From Mobula hypostoma (Eukaryota), in the NCBI RefSeq assembly GCF_963921235.1, contig NC_086097.1, positions 87,298,001-87,362,000 on the forward strand: a DNA stretch of 64,000 nucleotides, given 5' to 3'. Every line of letters starts with the position of its first letter. The stretch's first letter is position 1. The notes beneath the pieces are model-generated. The model had not been told where the DNA came from and searched no databases. It was given only the letters and a program-made list of their open reading frames with translations. Of the stretch, positions 37,541-50,423 are shown in pieces. A program made the position numbers and the translations under genes.

Positions 37541-37804
37541 ATTTCCAGTAAAATCTAGGTGAGTGGGAGAGGTACTGAGGCAATAAACTAAAGAAAAGCT
37601 TTCAAACTTCTGCTTTAATCTGGCTTTGTTTTTCCCAGCTTTGGGCTCCAATGAAGGTTGTTTTCAAGTTACCTCAGATTTTCTGTTTTGTTACAATTAA
37701 TACCTGTGAGCGTTGTCCTTCAATGTATGGCAAAATTCTCTCAGTAAGCACCACAAGAAATCTGAGCAGGGCTGAAAAGGAACTGAAAGTGAATTTAAGA
37801 AGAA

Positions 37805-38790
37805 GAAGAATATCTTTATTGTCATTGTTGTGGAGCAATGAAACACAGTTTAGCAGCTCAACGTTTTGCAACATGACAAAGAATATATACATAAAATAAA
37901 CTCTAAAACCTCAGGAGTGCAGTCCAAAATTAATAATATATGGATGGGGGGTAGGACTATTGCACACCTACCCTTCCTGGAAGTGTGATGCATTTAGCTG
38001 CCGCTGTCTTAGGAGGGGGGCAGGAGAAGGGAAGGGAGTGTTATACATTTCACTGCTTGTGGGTAGAAGCTGTTAAGGAGTCTCTTTGTTTTCGTCCTTA
38101 ATGCTCTATATCTCTTCCCAGAAGGTAGAGGGGAAAACAGGTGATGTCCAGGATGAGTGGGATCCTTTGAAATACAAGTAGCCTTCTTTTGAAGTCTGCC
38201 AGTATAAATGTCTCTGAGGGAGGGTAATGTTGTGCCAATAACCCGCTCTGCTACCCTCACCACCCGCTGCAAGTCCTTCCTGTTCTGTGCAGCTGGCAAA
38301 CCACACTGCACAGCAATACGTCAGGAGGCTCTCTATAGTTGTCCGATGGAAGTTGATCAGCAGGTGATGAGGGAGGAGAGCGTGCTTTAGCTTCCTTAGG
38401 AAGTAGAGCCTCTGTTGGGCCTTCCCCACCTGATAAGAGATATGGGCAGTCCAGGTGAGGTCAGCCGAGATGTGGACGCCGAGGATCTTGAAACTCTCTA
38501 CTCTCTCCACCTCTTTCCCGTATATGTGCAGAGCAGAGTGCTCGACGCGCTTTGATTTCCTGAAGTCTACTATCAGCTCCTTGGTTTTTGTGATGTTCAA
38601 GTCCAGGTTATTATGACAACACCATTCTATCAAATGCTTTACCTCCTCCCTATAGGCTGTCTCATCACAGTCTGATATGATACCTACTAGGGTGGTATCG
38701 TCAGCAAATTTGACAATGGTGTTGGTGGAGTGAATGGTAGAGCAGTCATGGGTGAAAAGAGAATAGAGGATGGGGCTGAGCCTCACAGAT
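37805..38790 (-). mobile_element. Rex1/Babar LINE 3' portion
   Basis: LSPILYSLFTHDC...VKFADDTTLVGII...KAQQRLYFLRKL. Confidence 0.9.
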
Positions 38791-39329
38791 GCCTTGGTGA
38801 AAGAGTGGTATTTGCAGAAGCGAAGAAGCAGATCCTGTGTCTGATCCCATGAGAAGGAATGGCAAGTATGAGCAACATAAGCTAGGCTACTAATAAGAGT
38901 TCTCCATCTTTCCTTGAGTCAAGCACCAGTTTCCTTATTGATGCCAAGCCACATTTCCCACAAGTGAGATTAGGAAAAGAGCACACTGGAAACATTCTGG
39001 GATAGGATCAGATCTTATCACAGCATGGGGGAAATTATCAATGCACTGTGGCATCATCTTTCACAACATAAGACTCATGCATTTATTAATCTTCACATCT
39101 GTCTGAATGCTATTTCCTTTAGTGATACTGCATCTGACTCATACACCACAATAAGTAGCCCTCTGATATTTATCATTATTTCATCATTTCTACTTACCAT
39201 TATATAAATTAAGAACATAATAACCCGGGAAAATAAGGCAGCTGAAGGCCACACAGACTCAAGCCTACCACACCCTTCATTATAGTCACGGCCTCAGCTC
39301 CTCTCTCTGCCTATTCCAGGTAGCCCTCA

Positions 39330-39970
39330 ATTAGATTATTTTGAGATTAGATTATGAAGAATCACAGTCCTCTTTTATTGTCATTTAGTAATGCATGCAT
39401 TAAGAAATGATACAATATTCCTCCGATGTGATATCACAAAACACAGGACAGACCAAGACTGAAAAAACTAAAAAAAAAACACATAATTATAACATATAGT
39501 TACAACAGTGCAACAATACCATAACTTGATGAAGAACAGGTCATGGCACAGTAAAAGAGTTCAAAGTCTCCCGAATGTCCCACATCTCACGCAGACGGGA
39601 GAAGGAAGAAAACTCTCTGCCATGCCCGACCACAATCCGACTCTGAGTCGTCTGAAAACTTCGAGCCTCCGATCAGCCCTCCGACACCAAGTACCGAGCA
39701 CCATCTCTATCCGAACGATTCGACCTCAGTCTCGGTTGCCAGCAGCAGGCAAAGCCTAGGATTTTGAGGCCTTCCCTCAGGAAGATTCTCGATCGCCCAG
39801 TAACAACAGCAGTAAACCGGTGTTTCAGAAATTTCTCCAGATGTTCCTCTGTGCTTTCATGTCTGTCTCCATCAAATCAGAATTGTCCACGGCCGCTATT
39901 TAACGGATGCAATACCATTTTCACCGGAGAGCTGCACGTGCGCAGTGCACTGCTACCTTCTCCTCCCGCC
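39330..39970 (-). mobile_element. Non-autonomous Rex1-type SINE-like element, copy 2
   Basis: Reverse-complement match over the full length of 17545-18178. Confidence 0.8.
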
Positions 39971-42545
39971 TCTCTCATCTTTCAAAAATATGTTTACTTC
40001 ATCTTTAACTAGCACAATTAATCTGACCTGCACAATCCTCCAGAATGGGGAACTCCAGAGATTCATCAGCACTTGCATGAGGTCCTTAAGCACCTCAGCT
40101 GCCTAATCTTGAAATCAGTTCCTCTTATTCAGGATACTCCCACAGTGGTTACTGCAGAACTTTTGTGATTTTGTATTTGAACAATCTGGTTGCAAATGTA
40201 CAAGACGTATAACACCTGCGTGGCGTTTGTCTTATCTCATGTCACTGGTCACCACACTCTTTATGAGAAAATCAAATTATGTAGTGCTACACTAGGTCCT
40301 AGAAAGCCCGGAAGTTCCAGGTATCAGAAGAAGGCAGTGATTGAAAACACACACATCTGGAGGTAAATTTATTTATAAAAATAGCAATATATACAAAATA
40401 TTGACATGAATAAGAACAATTCAAAATTCCATCATCCTGTTCCAAAGTTCAGATATCAACGGGAAAAAAACCCCTTTTAGTTAAAATCAGTGAGGTTCAT
40501 TAGAATAGCCTTTATTATTTCAGTTTCTCTAACTAATTAGATCTAGAGTTATTCCCTATTTAAAAGTTTACATACTAACAATTGCCTTTCTATTTATCCC
40601 TATTTAGTTGAATTCCTTTTCTTTAATATTGTGGTTAACTTCAGTTTCAGTTCCAGGTCAGTATATCTACAAATTCAAATTCAATCCCAAATATATATGT
40701 TCCAGAAAATTAAACTCAGACCCCTCGAATGAAAAATAAACTTAGACATCCAACCGTACTAAATCCTCCACGTCAATAAACATTTTGTTCCCGTGCTGGT
40801 TCTTCAATCTTGGGTGGCTCGCCATCTTGTTTCTTGGATGAAATTGTTGACCATCCACAGAAAGTCAATTCACAATACTTTCACAAAAAAAAACCTGACC
40901 TGCATACAACAGGATTACAATCCGTAAATTCTTATACACATTGTATTTTCCATTTCAAAATTACTCAATATCTCATTGTCATTTCCAAATATTTCTCAAT
41001 TACAGCACTCCTGAACATATTTCACACACAAATTATACACTTGGAACAGTAAAAGTGTTTTAACTTACCAAATCCCTTGGTATGATTTAATACAACTAAT
41101 TCCCAATTACAAGGTGGGGATCTTGACACTTGCTGCTGTCAATATTGTCTCGTTATTATTGCTACTTGTTATATCAATGTATTACTTGCTTTATCAACAT
41201 TGTCTCTCCTCCAGGGGTTTCACCCTGAGGATTTTCAAGTAAGTAGGGCAGAGATAGTCACTACTAATTCCACTTTTAACAGTTTATATCTTTAGTTTCT
41301 TATAGTTTCCTGTGTTTCTCTCACTTGTCTGCGCCTGCGTCAGCCACACCTCATTCTCGCATAACTTTTTTCCCCAAGTTCTCTTTTTTAAACAAAAATC
41401 AGTTAACCGCAGTTTCATCCCTCCACACATGAAGCTTCCTGATGTTACATTTTTGGGTTTAATTAACCTGGGTTACATTCTTCCCCTCTGAATTTATGCA
41501 ATTCCCTTTGCATACGGCTACAGGTTGCACTATAATTGGTTTGGGATGTTCAACATATGTGAATTCTGGAAGTGACTCTACAATAGCTAAACTCAGATCT
41601 AGGAAAAGGGACTGAACTATTGTCACCAAAGGACATCCTAGCTCGAGATATGTAGGAGTTCTCATTTTTTTTTCTGGTTTAGAAGACCTTCTGAGTTCAA
41701 GCTCTTCTTTGTGAGAATTCTCTTTTATCGTGTCTTTTCAAGTTAACTCTTTATCGCATGTCTCTTTCTTGTTGAATCTCAGAATCATTTGGGATTGACG
41801 AGGTTTCCAGACTTCTTTCATCAGATAGGATTCACTGATTACACATCTCTCATTTGTTGTTCCTTTCACTGGGTTTTTTTCAGGACTCACAGGTAAGTTA
41901 CTTTCTACAGTAGATTCCTCTACATCAGAACTTTCATTTCTTTAGGATTTCAGCACTGCGGCTAGAACCGGAGTGGTTGTAGATGGTTGATTTGGGCTTG
42001 GATTGGAGCCCACATTTCTTTTGTGTAACTGTTCATGGATTTCTTGACTCTTAGAAGATTTGTCTACAATGTCAGGTGTTGATCTGACGTAACAAACCTC
42101 ATCCCTGTCCTTTTCAGAGTCTATTTGATTTTCTTCCTCTTCAACTGACTGTTCATTCTTTGTACTGTACTCCTGCAAGTTCTGTACTTGTGACCAGGGA
42201 CTGGAGAAAGTTGTTTATTGTCTTCAGAAGGAAGAAATCCACAAGGGATCAATAGATCATGGGCCCAGACTGGTTCTCAGGACATACCTTGTAGACAGGC
42301 AGATCACCAGCTTGGCTCATCACTACAGACTATTTCTTCCCATTCATCAGCAAGTTTGTTTTTAGCTCATAGGTGCACATTCCTTACGCGCACTCGGTCT
42401 CCTTCTTTCAGTTCTGAAGCTGTCACATATCTGGTCTTGTTTTGGTCTTCCATTCTCTGTGAGTCCCCCTCAAGGTGAGCTTTTAAATTTTGTATATGCT
42501 GAGAGTGAGATGTACCATGTTTGTCTTTTAAGGGTAGTCTGAAAG

Positions 42546-43740
42546 CTAAGTCAACTGGGAGTCTGAGGACCTAACCTGGTCCCAACATATAAGGAAGGCA
42601 AGACAGTGACTATACTTCATTAGGAGTTTGAAGAGATTTGGTATGTCAACAAAAACACTCAAAAACTCAAAAACTTGTTTTGATATACTATGGAGAGCAT
42701 TCTGACAGGCTACATCACTGTCTGGTGTGGTGTGGGTGTGGGTGGGGGGGCCAACCGTACAGGACCGAAAGAAGCTGCAGAAGGTTGCAAATTTAGTCAG
42801 CTCCATCTTGGGTACTAGCCTCTAAAGTACCCAGGACATCTTCAAGGAGCGGTGTCTCAGAAAGGCAGCATCCATAATTAAGGGCCTCTGGCACCCAAGG
42901 CATGCCCTTTTCTCATTGTTACCATCAGGTAGGAGATACAGAAGCCTGAAGGCACACACTCAGCGATTCAGGAACAGCTTCTTCCCCTCTGCCATCCAAT
43001 TCCTAAATGGACATTGATCCCGTGAACACTACCTCACTTTTTAAATATATATTATTTCTGTTTTTGCACGATTTTTAATCAATTCAATATACATATACTG
43101 TTTACATACATCTACTGATGCCTCTGGACACATCTTCAGTGATGTTCTGGAATCATCGGGTGTTTTGGGTCTTTCAATATCATACACCCTCCTCCAGTTG
43201 ACCCAGGCAGCGCTGATCAGACCCCAGCTTGTGTCCAGATGGCTAGCTACTTATGACTCCATGGCTCCCCTCTTTTGAGCCACTGCCATCTTAAGGCCCT
43301 CTCTGCCACTTTGGTGGTACTGCGGATGGCTCTCCTCTTCCTCTCTCCCTCGATGCCCAAATTGTTGAAGGCTCTAGCTAAAGAACGGGCTGCGAATCCC
43401 CTACAACCACCCTCCACTGGAAGACAACTTGCCCTCCATCCAGCCTGCTGACAGTTGCTGACCAGTCCTGCATACTTGGAGAGCTTCCTTTCAAAGGCCT
43501 CTTCCAAGCGATCTTCCCATGGGACTGTCAGCTCCAGCAGCACCACTTGCTTGGTGGACTCAGACACAAGGACACAATTTTTGCACGATTTTTAATCAAT
43601 TCAATATACATATACTGTAATTGATTTACTTATTTATTTTTACTTTTTTTCTATATTATGTATTGCACTGAACTGCTGCTACTAAGTTAACAAATTTCAC
43701 GACACGTGCAGGTGATAATAAACCTGATTCTGATTCTGAG
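42546..43740 (+). mobile_element. Rex1/Babar 3' fragment nested in Gypsy C
   Basis: Homologous to 5990-6585; (gattct)n tail; 3'UTR interrupted by HERO fragment. Confidence 0.85.
43102..43577 (-). mobile_element. HERO-like (R2-group, restriction-like endonuclease) non-LTR retrotransposon 3' end
   Basis: VVLLELTVPWEDRLEEAFERKLSKY...PVEGGCRGF...WLKR followed by about 145-nt 3'UTR; 41-bp flanking duplication. Confidence 0.85.
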
Positions 43741-44814
43741 TCTGGGTTGTTGTCCAAACATGAATTAATATGAACTAAAACCAGTTGTTTCATTCCTAGT
43801 ACAATTATAAGCATGAACTAAGGGTTTCACAAGTTGTCACCAGTGACTTTTATCTTTCGTCTCCTGGGGTCCCAGCGTATTTAAGAGGGTCCAGGGTTTC
43901 CCTGGGATTATATGACTTTTTGAATTCCAGCTATCTCACACAGTTCTTTAATCAAGTGGAATTCAAAGTCAGGCCCTCTATTGCTGTGTACGCACTTGGG
44001 ATAACCATAAGCAATTCGCAACCAGCTTGGCTTTTTAATTGGGTGTAGGAATAGCCAAAGCATATTTAGTGAAATGATAAATTATTTCTAACGCATCTTT
44101 TGTGTTACTTTGATCGGGTTCTAATATAAGAAAGTTCATGCAGATGAGCTGCAAGGGTTGAGTAGTTACAATATTCTCTAACAGAGTAGCTTCCTCAGGT
44201 AAAGACTTTCTTCTTAGGCATCGATTGCATGTTTTAATCTTGTGTTCCACATCAGAGCCATCTTTGGCCAATAGAATCGGCTTCTGACTAAATGCAGGAT
44301 ACAATCAATTCCCAAGTGTCCAATGTCATCATGAAGACTCTTAAGTCCATCAGATCAAAACTGTTCAGGTAAAACAAGCTGGTATGTTGTCTTATCTCTG
44401 GTTACTCTTTTCCTGCAGAGGATTCTGTCTTCTAGTTATAGACGATCCCATTCTCTAAGAAGGTCGGGTAGTCTGGGGATTGTTTTTCTCACTGAAGGAG
44501 ATGGTTTTTCTCCAATTTCCGTCTGAATTGATGACTTCCCTAATACAACAATCTGCAAACTAGGATTCCATAATTTCAGCATCAGGGAGATGAGGAATGA
44601 CTGGTAATCCCCCACACTGGTTTTCTTGTGCATGACTGTCAGGTATAGCACTTGAGTGCATGGTTAAGGATTCAACAAATGCAACAGTGACATCTACAGC
44701 AGGTTCTGTCTGTTGGATAAGACCACTCTCACATACCGCTTGCAAAACATCAGCGCTAACTTCAACCACAATTAACCTGGGTTACACATGCTAGTAACTT
44801 TGTGGAGTTACTAA

Positions 44815-45612
44815 AATAGGTAATAATGTACACTGTGAAGAAGCTTATCCAAAATTACAGGGGATTTTGATCAACTGAGTAAGTGGTCTGAGGAATATCA
44901 AATGGGTTTCAATTCAGATTAACACAAAATGCTGATTTTGAGAAATTAAACCAGGGTAGGATGTTATACAGTGAATGGTCAAACCCTGGGAAGTCTGTGG
45001 AACACAGGGACCAAGGCATACAAGTAAATAGTTTTCTCAAAGCAGCATCACAGACAGGGTTATGAAGAGGGCGTTTAACATACTGGCCTTCATCAGTCAG
45101 GGTATTGAGTATAGGAATAGTATGTTACCTTTGAAGGTAGTTGCCTTATGTGTGGAAAGGGTACAGAGGAGATTTACCAGGGTGCTGCCTGGTTTAGAAA
45201 GTATGCATTATGATCAGAGATTAAGGGAGCTAGGGCTTTATACTTTGGAGAGAAGGAGGATGAGAGGAGACATTACAGAGGTGTACAAGATATTAAGAGG
45301 AATAGATAGAGTGGATAGCCAGCGCCTCTTCCCCAGGGCACCACTGCTCAATACAAGAGGACATGGCTTTAAGGTAAGGGGTGGGAAGTTCAAGGGGGAT
45401 ATTAGAGGAAGGTTTTTTACTCAGAGAGTGGTTGGTGCGTGGAATGCACTGCCTGAGTCAGTGGTGGAGGCAGATACACTCGTGAAGTTTAAGAGACTAC
45501 TAGACAGGTATACGGAGGAATTTAAGTTGGGGGGTTATATGGGAGGCAGGGTTTGAGGGTCGGCACAACATTGTGGGCCAAAGGGCCTGTACTATTCTAT
45601 GTGCTATGTTCT
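44815..45612 (+). mobile_element. CR1 3' region (older 5' piece plus well-preserved 45150-45612)
   Basis: ERVQRRFTRVLPG...RRRMRGDITEVYKI...TRGHGFK; (ttctatg) tail. Confidence 0.88.
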
Positions 45613-46745
45613 TAAACTGCTGGAGCAGCTACATGCCGGGCATCTTGGCATGGCGAAAATGAAAGCATTGGTTCAAAGCTTTGTCTGGTGGCCTGGGGTA
45701 GATCAGTAGATTGAGCAGCTTGCCATGCACTACTCGGGATGCCAACACAACCAGAAGATACCAGGACATACACCACTATATCCCTGAGAATGGCCTGCAT
45801 TGCCCTGCTAGAGGATTCATGTGGATTTTGCTGGACCATTCAACACACAAATTTCTTAATGGTAGTAGATGCAGCTATAAAGTGGCCAGAAGTTTTACCA
45901 ATACTACAGCCTCACGCACTGTTGATAGATTGAGACGCCTCTGCTCAAGGACTTGTGTTCCAGAACACTAAGTCAGTAACAATGGACCACAGTTTGTTAT
46001 AGAACTGATTCAGTCATTCCTGAAAATGCATGGAATAAGTCATATTACAACCGCACCGTTCAACCAAGCTGCAAATGGCTTGGCGGAAAGGTTTGTCCGG
46101 AGTCTAACGAACGCAATGCGAGCAATGTCAGCGAACACTCTGCACTAACAGTGAATCAGAAGCTCACTAACTTCCTCATTGTATATCACAATGCCACACA
46201 CTTCACAACCAACAACTCACCTACTATGCTGTTCTTGGCTGGTCCCTTGGACTCACACTTGGATTTCCTCAAACCCAATCTCAGAAGGAGTATGCAGGAC
46301 AAACAGCTGAGACAAACTGAGAGCTCCTCAAACAAGGGGGTTTAATGTTTCACTCCTGGACAAGCAGTCCTGGTGAGGGACTGCAGAGGTGATCAAAAGT
46401 GGGTCATTGGAAAGATTAAGGACAGAACTGGACCATTCTTTTACACAGTGGTGATTGCACCTGATGTCATCTGGAGATGACACATCAGTCAGCTGAGGAG
46501 AGCAGAATTAATTGTTAGAGATGGAAAGTGTCCTGAGCTATGTCAAATATATTGTTAGATTAAGCATTCTTTGTTTACATAATTCATTCAGGTTATATGT
46601 AAAGTATGTGAATGGCATACGTCATTAAGCCACCACGTCATAAGTGCGTGCCTTACTAAAAGGTAAAACAAAGAGTAGACACAACTGTCCCCTGCCCAGT
46701 GTTTTTCTTTTGTATGGTTTTATGTTTTTGATTTACAAAACTTAA
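45613..46745 (+). mobile_element. Gypsy family A fragment (integrase plus partial LTR)
   Basis: Homologous to 4300-5230 (-); VVDAAIKWPEV; LTR about 46541-46745. Confidence 0.85.
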
Positions 46746-46749
46746 CCCC

Positions 46750-47600
46750 CTAACCTTCTCGTGCTCATCTCATCTGACCTCAGTAGAAAAAGCCTGCTAG
46801 TATTTGCACTATCAATACCCTTAATATTTAGTATACCTTTATCAAATCTGCCTCACTCTCCTATGCTCCAGGGATTAAAGTCACCATCTATTCGGCCTTT
46901 CCCTATAACTCTGGTCCTCAAGTCAAGCAACATCTTTGTAAATTTTCTATGTATTCTTTAAATCTAATCCTGTAGGTAGGTGATCAGAACTGCACACAAT
47001 ACTGCCAATTTGTCCTCAACAACATCTCATACAATTTCAATATTCAGTACATCGATCTATGAAGGCCAATGTGCCAAAAGTTCACTTTACAACCCGATCT
47101 ACCTATGATGCCACGTTCAAGGATGCCTTTCTTCTCTGCACTCCTCAGTGCCTTTCTGTTCACTGTGCAAAGTTCCACCCTGCTTTGTCCCCCCAAAGTA
47201 CATCTCACAATTGTCTACATTCAATTCCATTTTCCATTTTCCAACCCGTTTTTCTATTTAGTCAGCTCCCACTGCAAGCCTTGATAGCTTTATACTTCCT
47301 CCAAATCATTGATTAAATCGTAAGTAACTGAACACCAGGAACTATCCTGTCAGCGACTAGCCTTCAATCTATGCTAACACATTTACCCTAATAATAGATC
47401 ATGTCACTTGCCTTTTATGTGGGAGCTAATCAAATGCCTTCAGAAGATCCCAAGAAAGGATATCTGCATGTTGCCCTCTTATCAACTCTGCTTGTTACAT
47501 TTTTGGAGAACACTAACAAATTTGTCAGGCTTAATTTCCCTTTCATAAAACCAGATCCATTTGATTACACCATTCTGTACTCTGAAATTTTCAGAGCAAT
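46750..47600 (-). mobile_element. Old CR1 fragments
   Basis: Degenerate similarity to other minus-strand CR1 copies (aaatgccttcagaagatcc, ccctttcataaaacca). Confidence 0.6.
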
Positions 47601-48159
47601 ATAATTTGTATTAAAGAAAAGAACTGCTGGGAATGCTTAGCATGTCAGACAGCATCATTGGAAAGTGAAATTAGGTTAATATTTCAACTGGACAACATGA
47701 TTTACATAGAACTATTAATGTAGAAAAATGACTATTTATTTTAAAAAGTTGTTCTGCCATATTTCTCATATAGTTTCAAAAATATATTTTGTTGTAACTT
47801 TTATCCCTAGAAACCTTTCACAGAAGTAAGTAGAACGAAACACATGGTGCAAGTGGAAACACCCACAGAGCTTTAATTGTCAAGCCATACTATCACTTAC
47901 CTATGAGAGCAATGCCTAATTAATGAGATCAGTGAACAGCACAGGTGTCTGATAGCTCTCTGTACAGGAAAACTGAATTAAACCTTCCTCACTAAGAACC
48001 TTACATTATATTTCCTTATATTTAAGGTCTTCACTAGAGCCCCACTAACTTCCATAAATTGTTGGAAAGGCCAGGCCAAACTTGCAGAGTCCACGTTTAG
48101 AAATCCTGAAAGATTGCAGCACTAGTTAATAAGGCAGATTGAAAAGCAAATGAACTTTG

Positions 48160-49425
48160 AGACATTGGTCATTGCCAAAATCAAATCCTGCCTAAGCAAT
48201 GATCTGGGCCCACTGCAATTTGCCGATCCCCACAATAGATCTAAAGTGGATGCAATCTCTTTGGGTCTCCACTAAGTCTTGGATCACCTGGACAACAGCA
48301 ATATCAACGTTAGGCTGCAGCTTATTGATTACAGCTCAGCGTTCATACCTTCAGTTCTAATCAACAAGCTACAAAACCTGGGCCTCTGGAACCTCCCTCT
48401 ACAACTGGACCCTTGAGTTCCTCATCAGGAGACGACAGTATTGGAAATAACATCTCCTCCTCGCTGACAATCAAAGCTGACTCACTTCAAGGATGTGTGC
48501 TTAGCCCACTACTCTTGTCTCTCTACAGCCACGACTGTGTGACTAAGCTCAGCTCAAATGGCATCTTTAAATATGCCGATGATGCAACTACTATTGGAAG
48601 AATTTCAGATGGTGATGAGGAGACATACAGGAGTGAGATAGATCGGCTGGGGTGAGTGGTACTTCAACAACAACCTTGCTTCAGTAAGACTAAGGAATTG
48701 ATCGTGGACTTCAGGAAGGGGAAGTTGAGAGAACACACACCAGTCCTCGCGAGGGATCAACAGTAGAAAGGGCGAACAGTTTCAAGTTCCTGAGTGTCAA
48801 CATCTCAAAAGATCAATTCTGGGCCCAACATATTGATGCAATTACAAAGAAGGCAGAACAGCAGCTGTATTTCAATAGCAGTTTGAAGAGACTTGGTATG
48901 TCACTAAAGATCCTGGCAAATTTCTACAGGTGTACCATGGGGGGCATTCTAACTGGTTGCATCACCATCTGGTATGGAGGGGCCACTGCAAAAGAATGGA
49001 AAAGGCTGCAGAAAGCTACAAATTCAGCCAGCTACATCATGGGCACTAGCTTCCATAGCACTGAGGACATCTTCAAAAAGATGATGCTTCAAAAAGGCTG
49101 TATCTATCATTAAGGATCCCCGTCACTCAGGACATGACCCTTTCTCATTACTACCATCAAAGAGAAGGTACAGGAGCCTGAAGGCTCAATGTTTTAGGAA
49201 AAGCTTCATCCCCTCTGCCATCAGATTTCTGAATGGACAATGAACTCATATACACTAAATCAACATTTTTTTCTTTTTTTGCTCCCTTTTTGCACTTTCT
49301 ATGTTTTCTATTGTATTGTTTCTTATTATAATTATGTTTTTATTATTGTGTAATGCACTGTACAGCTGGCGCAAAACAACGGATTTCACAACCTATGCCA
49401 GCGATATTAAACATGATTCTGATTC
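48160..49425 (+). mobile_element. Rex1/Babar LINE RT plus 3'UTR
   Basis: QGCVLSPLLLSLYSHDC...FKYADDATTIGRI; gattctgattc tail. Confidence 0.9.
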
Positions 49426-50423
49426 GCGATTACTTGTGTGTGTTGAAGAATATAACTAAGATAAAAGGACTCATGTTAGAGGTTTATAAATCACTTGTCA
49501 GGCTCAGTTAAGGTATCCTCAGCACTACACATCTGAAAAGATGTAAAGGCCTTTGAAGGATATAGAAGAGGCTTGTCAGTCTTGAAACTGAAGAATGTCT
49601 TTGGCTTTGAGGAGACTTTGGAACATATAGGACATCTCATAAAACCGGGAAACCAAGAGTTGAGAAGATTTCAGGGGATCCTTAACCAGAAACCAGACTT
49701 AAGCCCATTAGCAAAGGTCTAGTGGAGATGAGTTGATCTTGTATTCATTCAGGGAACGTTTAAGAGTCTGAAAGTCTTTGCCTATAAAGGTAAAAATATT
49801 TTTAAACGTTGAACAGATGATTGAAGATGAGACGCTTAAAAGATTACAGATGTAGGGAAACTGAAATTGTACACAACTGGACGAGCAAAGGCATTACAGT
49901 CTATATGGTATGTTTAGGTGCTTTTAGTTTCTATGACATGATTGTACTTGCACTATTCAGTGTTCAATTAAATTGATGTTTTACTCAACTTCACAAAGAA
50001 AATTTCTAAAACAAGAGTACTATTTTAAGATAAACACAATGAAAATGTTCTCACTAAGGTTGAACATCCTGACCTCTGTGTTATACCTGCACTGTCATCT
50101 ACATCAATACATAATATTTTGATACTATAAGGAATATAATACTTTGGCAGAACTCTAGCACAGGTTTGATGAGGAATAAGCTACCTCACTCATCCATTCA
50201 TCTAATCTGGTCACAGGTCATTATTTCTAGAGTTATTGTAATATAAATACACTGGATAGGATTAAACTCTCCATTAGTGTTCAGGATTAATTTTCCATCA
50301 GCAGCTCAGATTTCTGCTTGTGGAGAGTCTAAAAGCAGAGATGATACATATATACCGGTAGCCAGTTAATCCAATAAGTGATTCAAGAGAAACTCTTTGC
50401 TAGGATGTCGACAGCGTGTAAGA

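Larger units (their letters stand above)
40208..44786 (-). mobile_element. Gypsy family C, internally deleted (17-bp 5' LTR stub, integrase region, PPT, about 1.27-kb 3' LTR at 40208-41477)
   Basis: KTCNRCLRRK...QPLQLICMNFLILEPD...HFTKYALAIPT (integrase); PPT cagaggggaagaa at 41478-41490; aattaacctgggttaca at both 41461-41477 and 44770-44786. Confidence 0.8.

Noticed and set aside
43110..43230. Hammerhead-like words in the HERO 3'UTR (gggtgt...acaccc stem, ctgaaga)
   Set aside because: Core elements are mutated or in the wrong order, so no valid hammerhead topology in this copy
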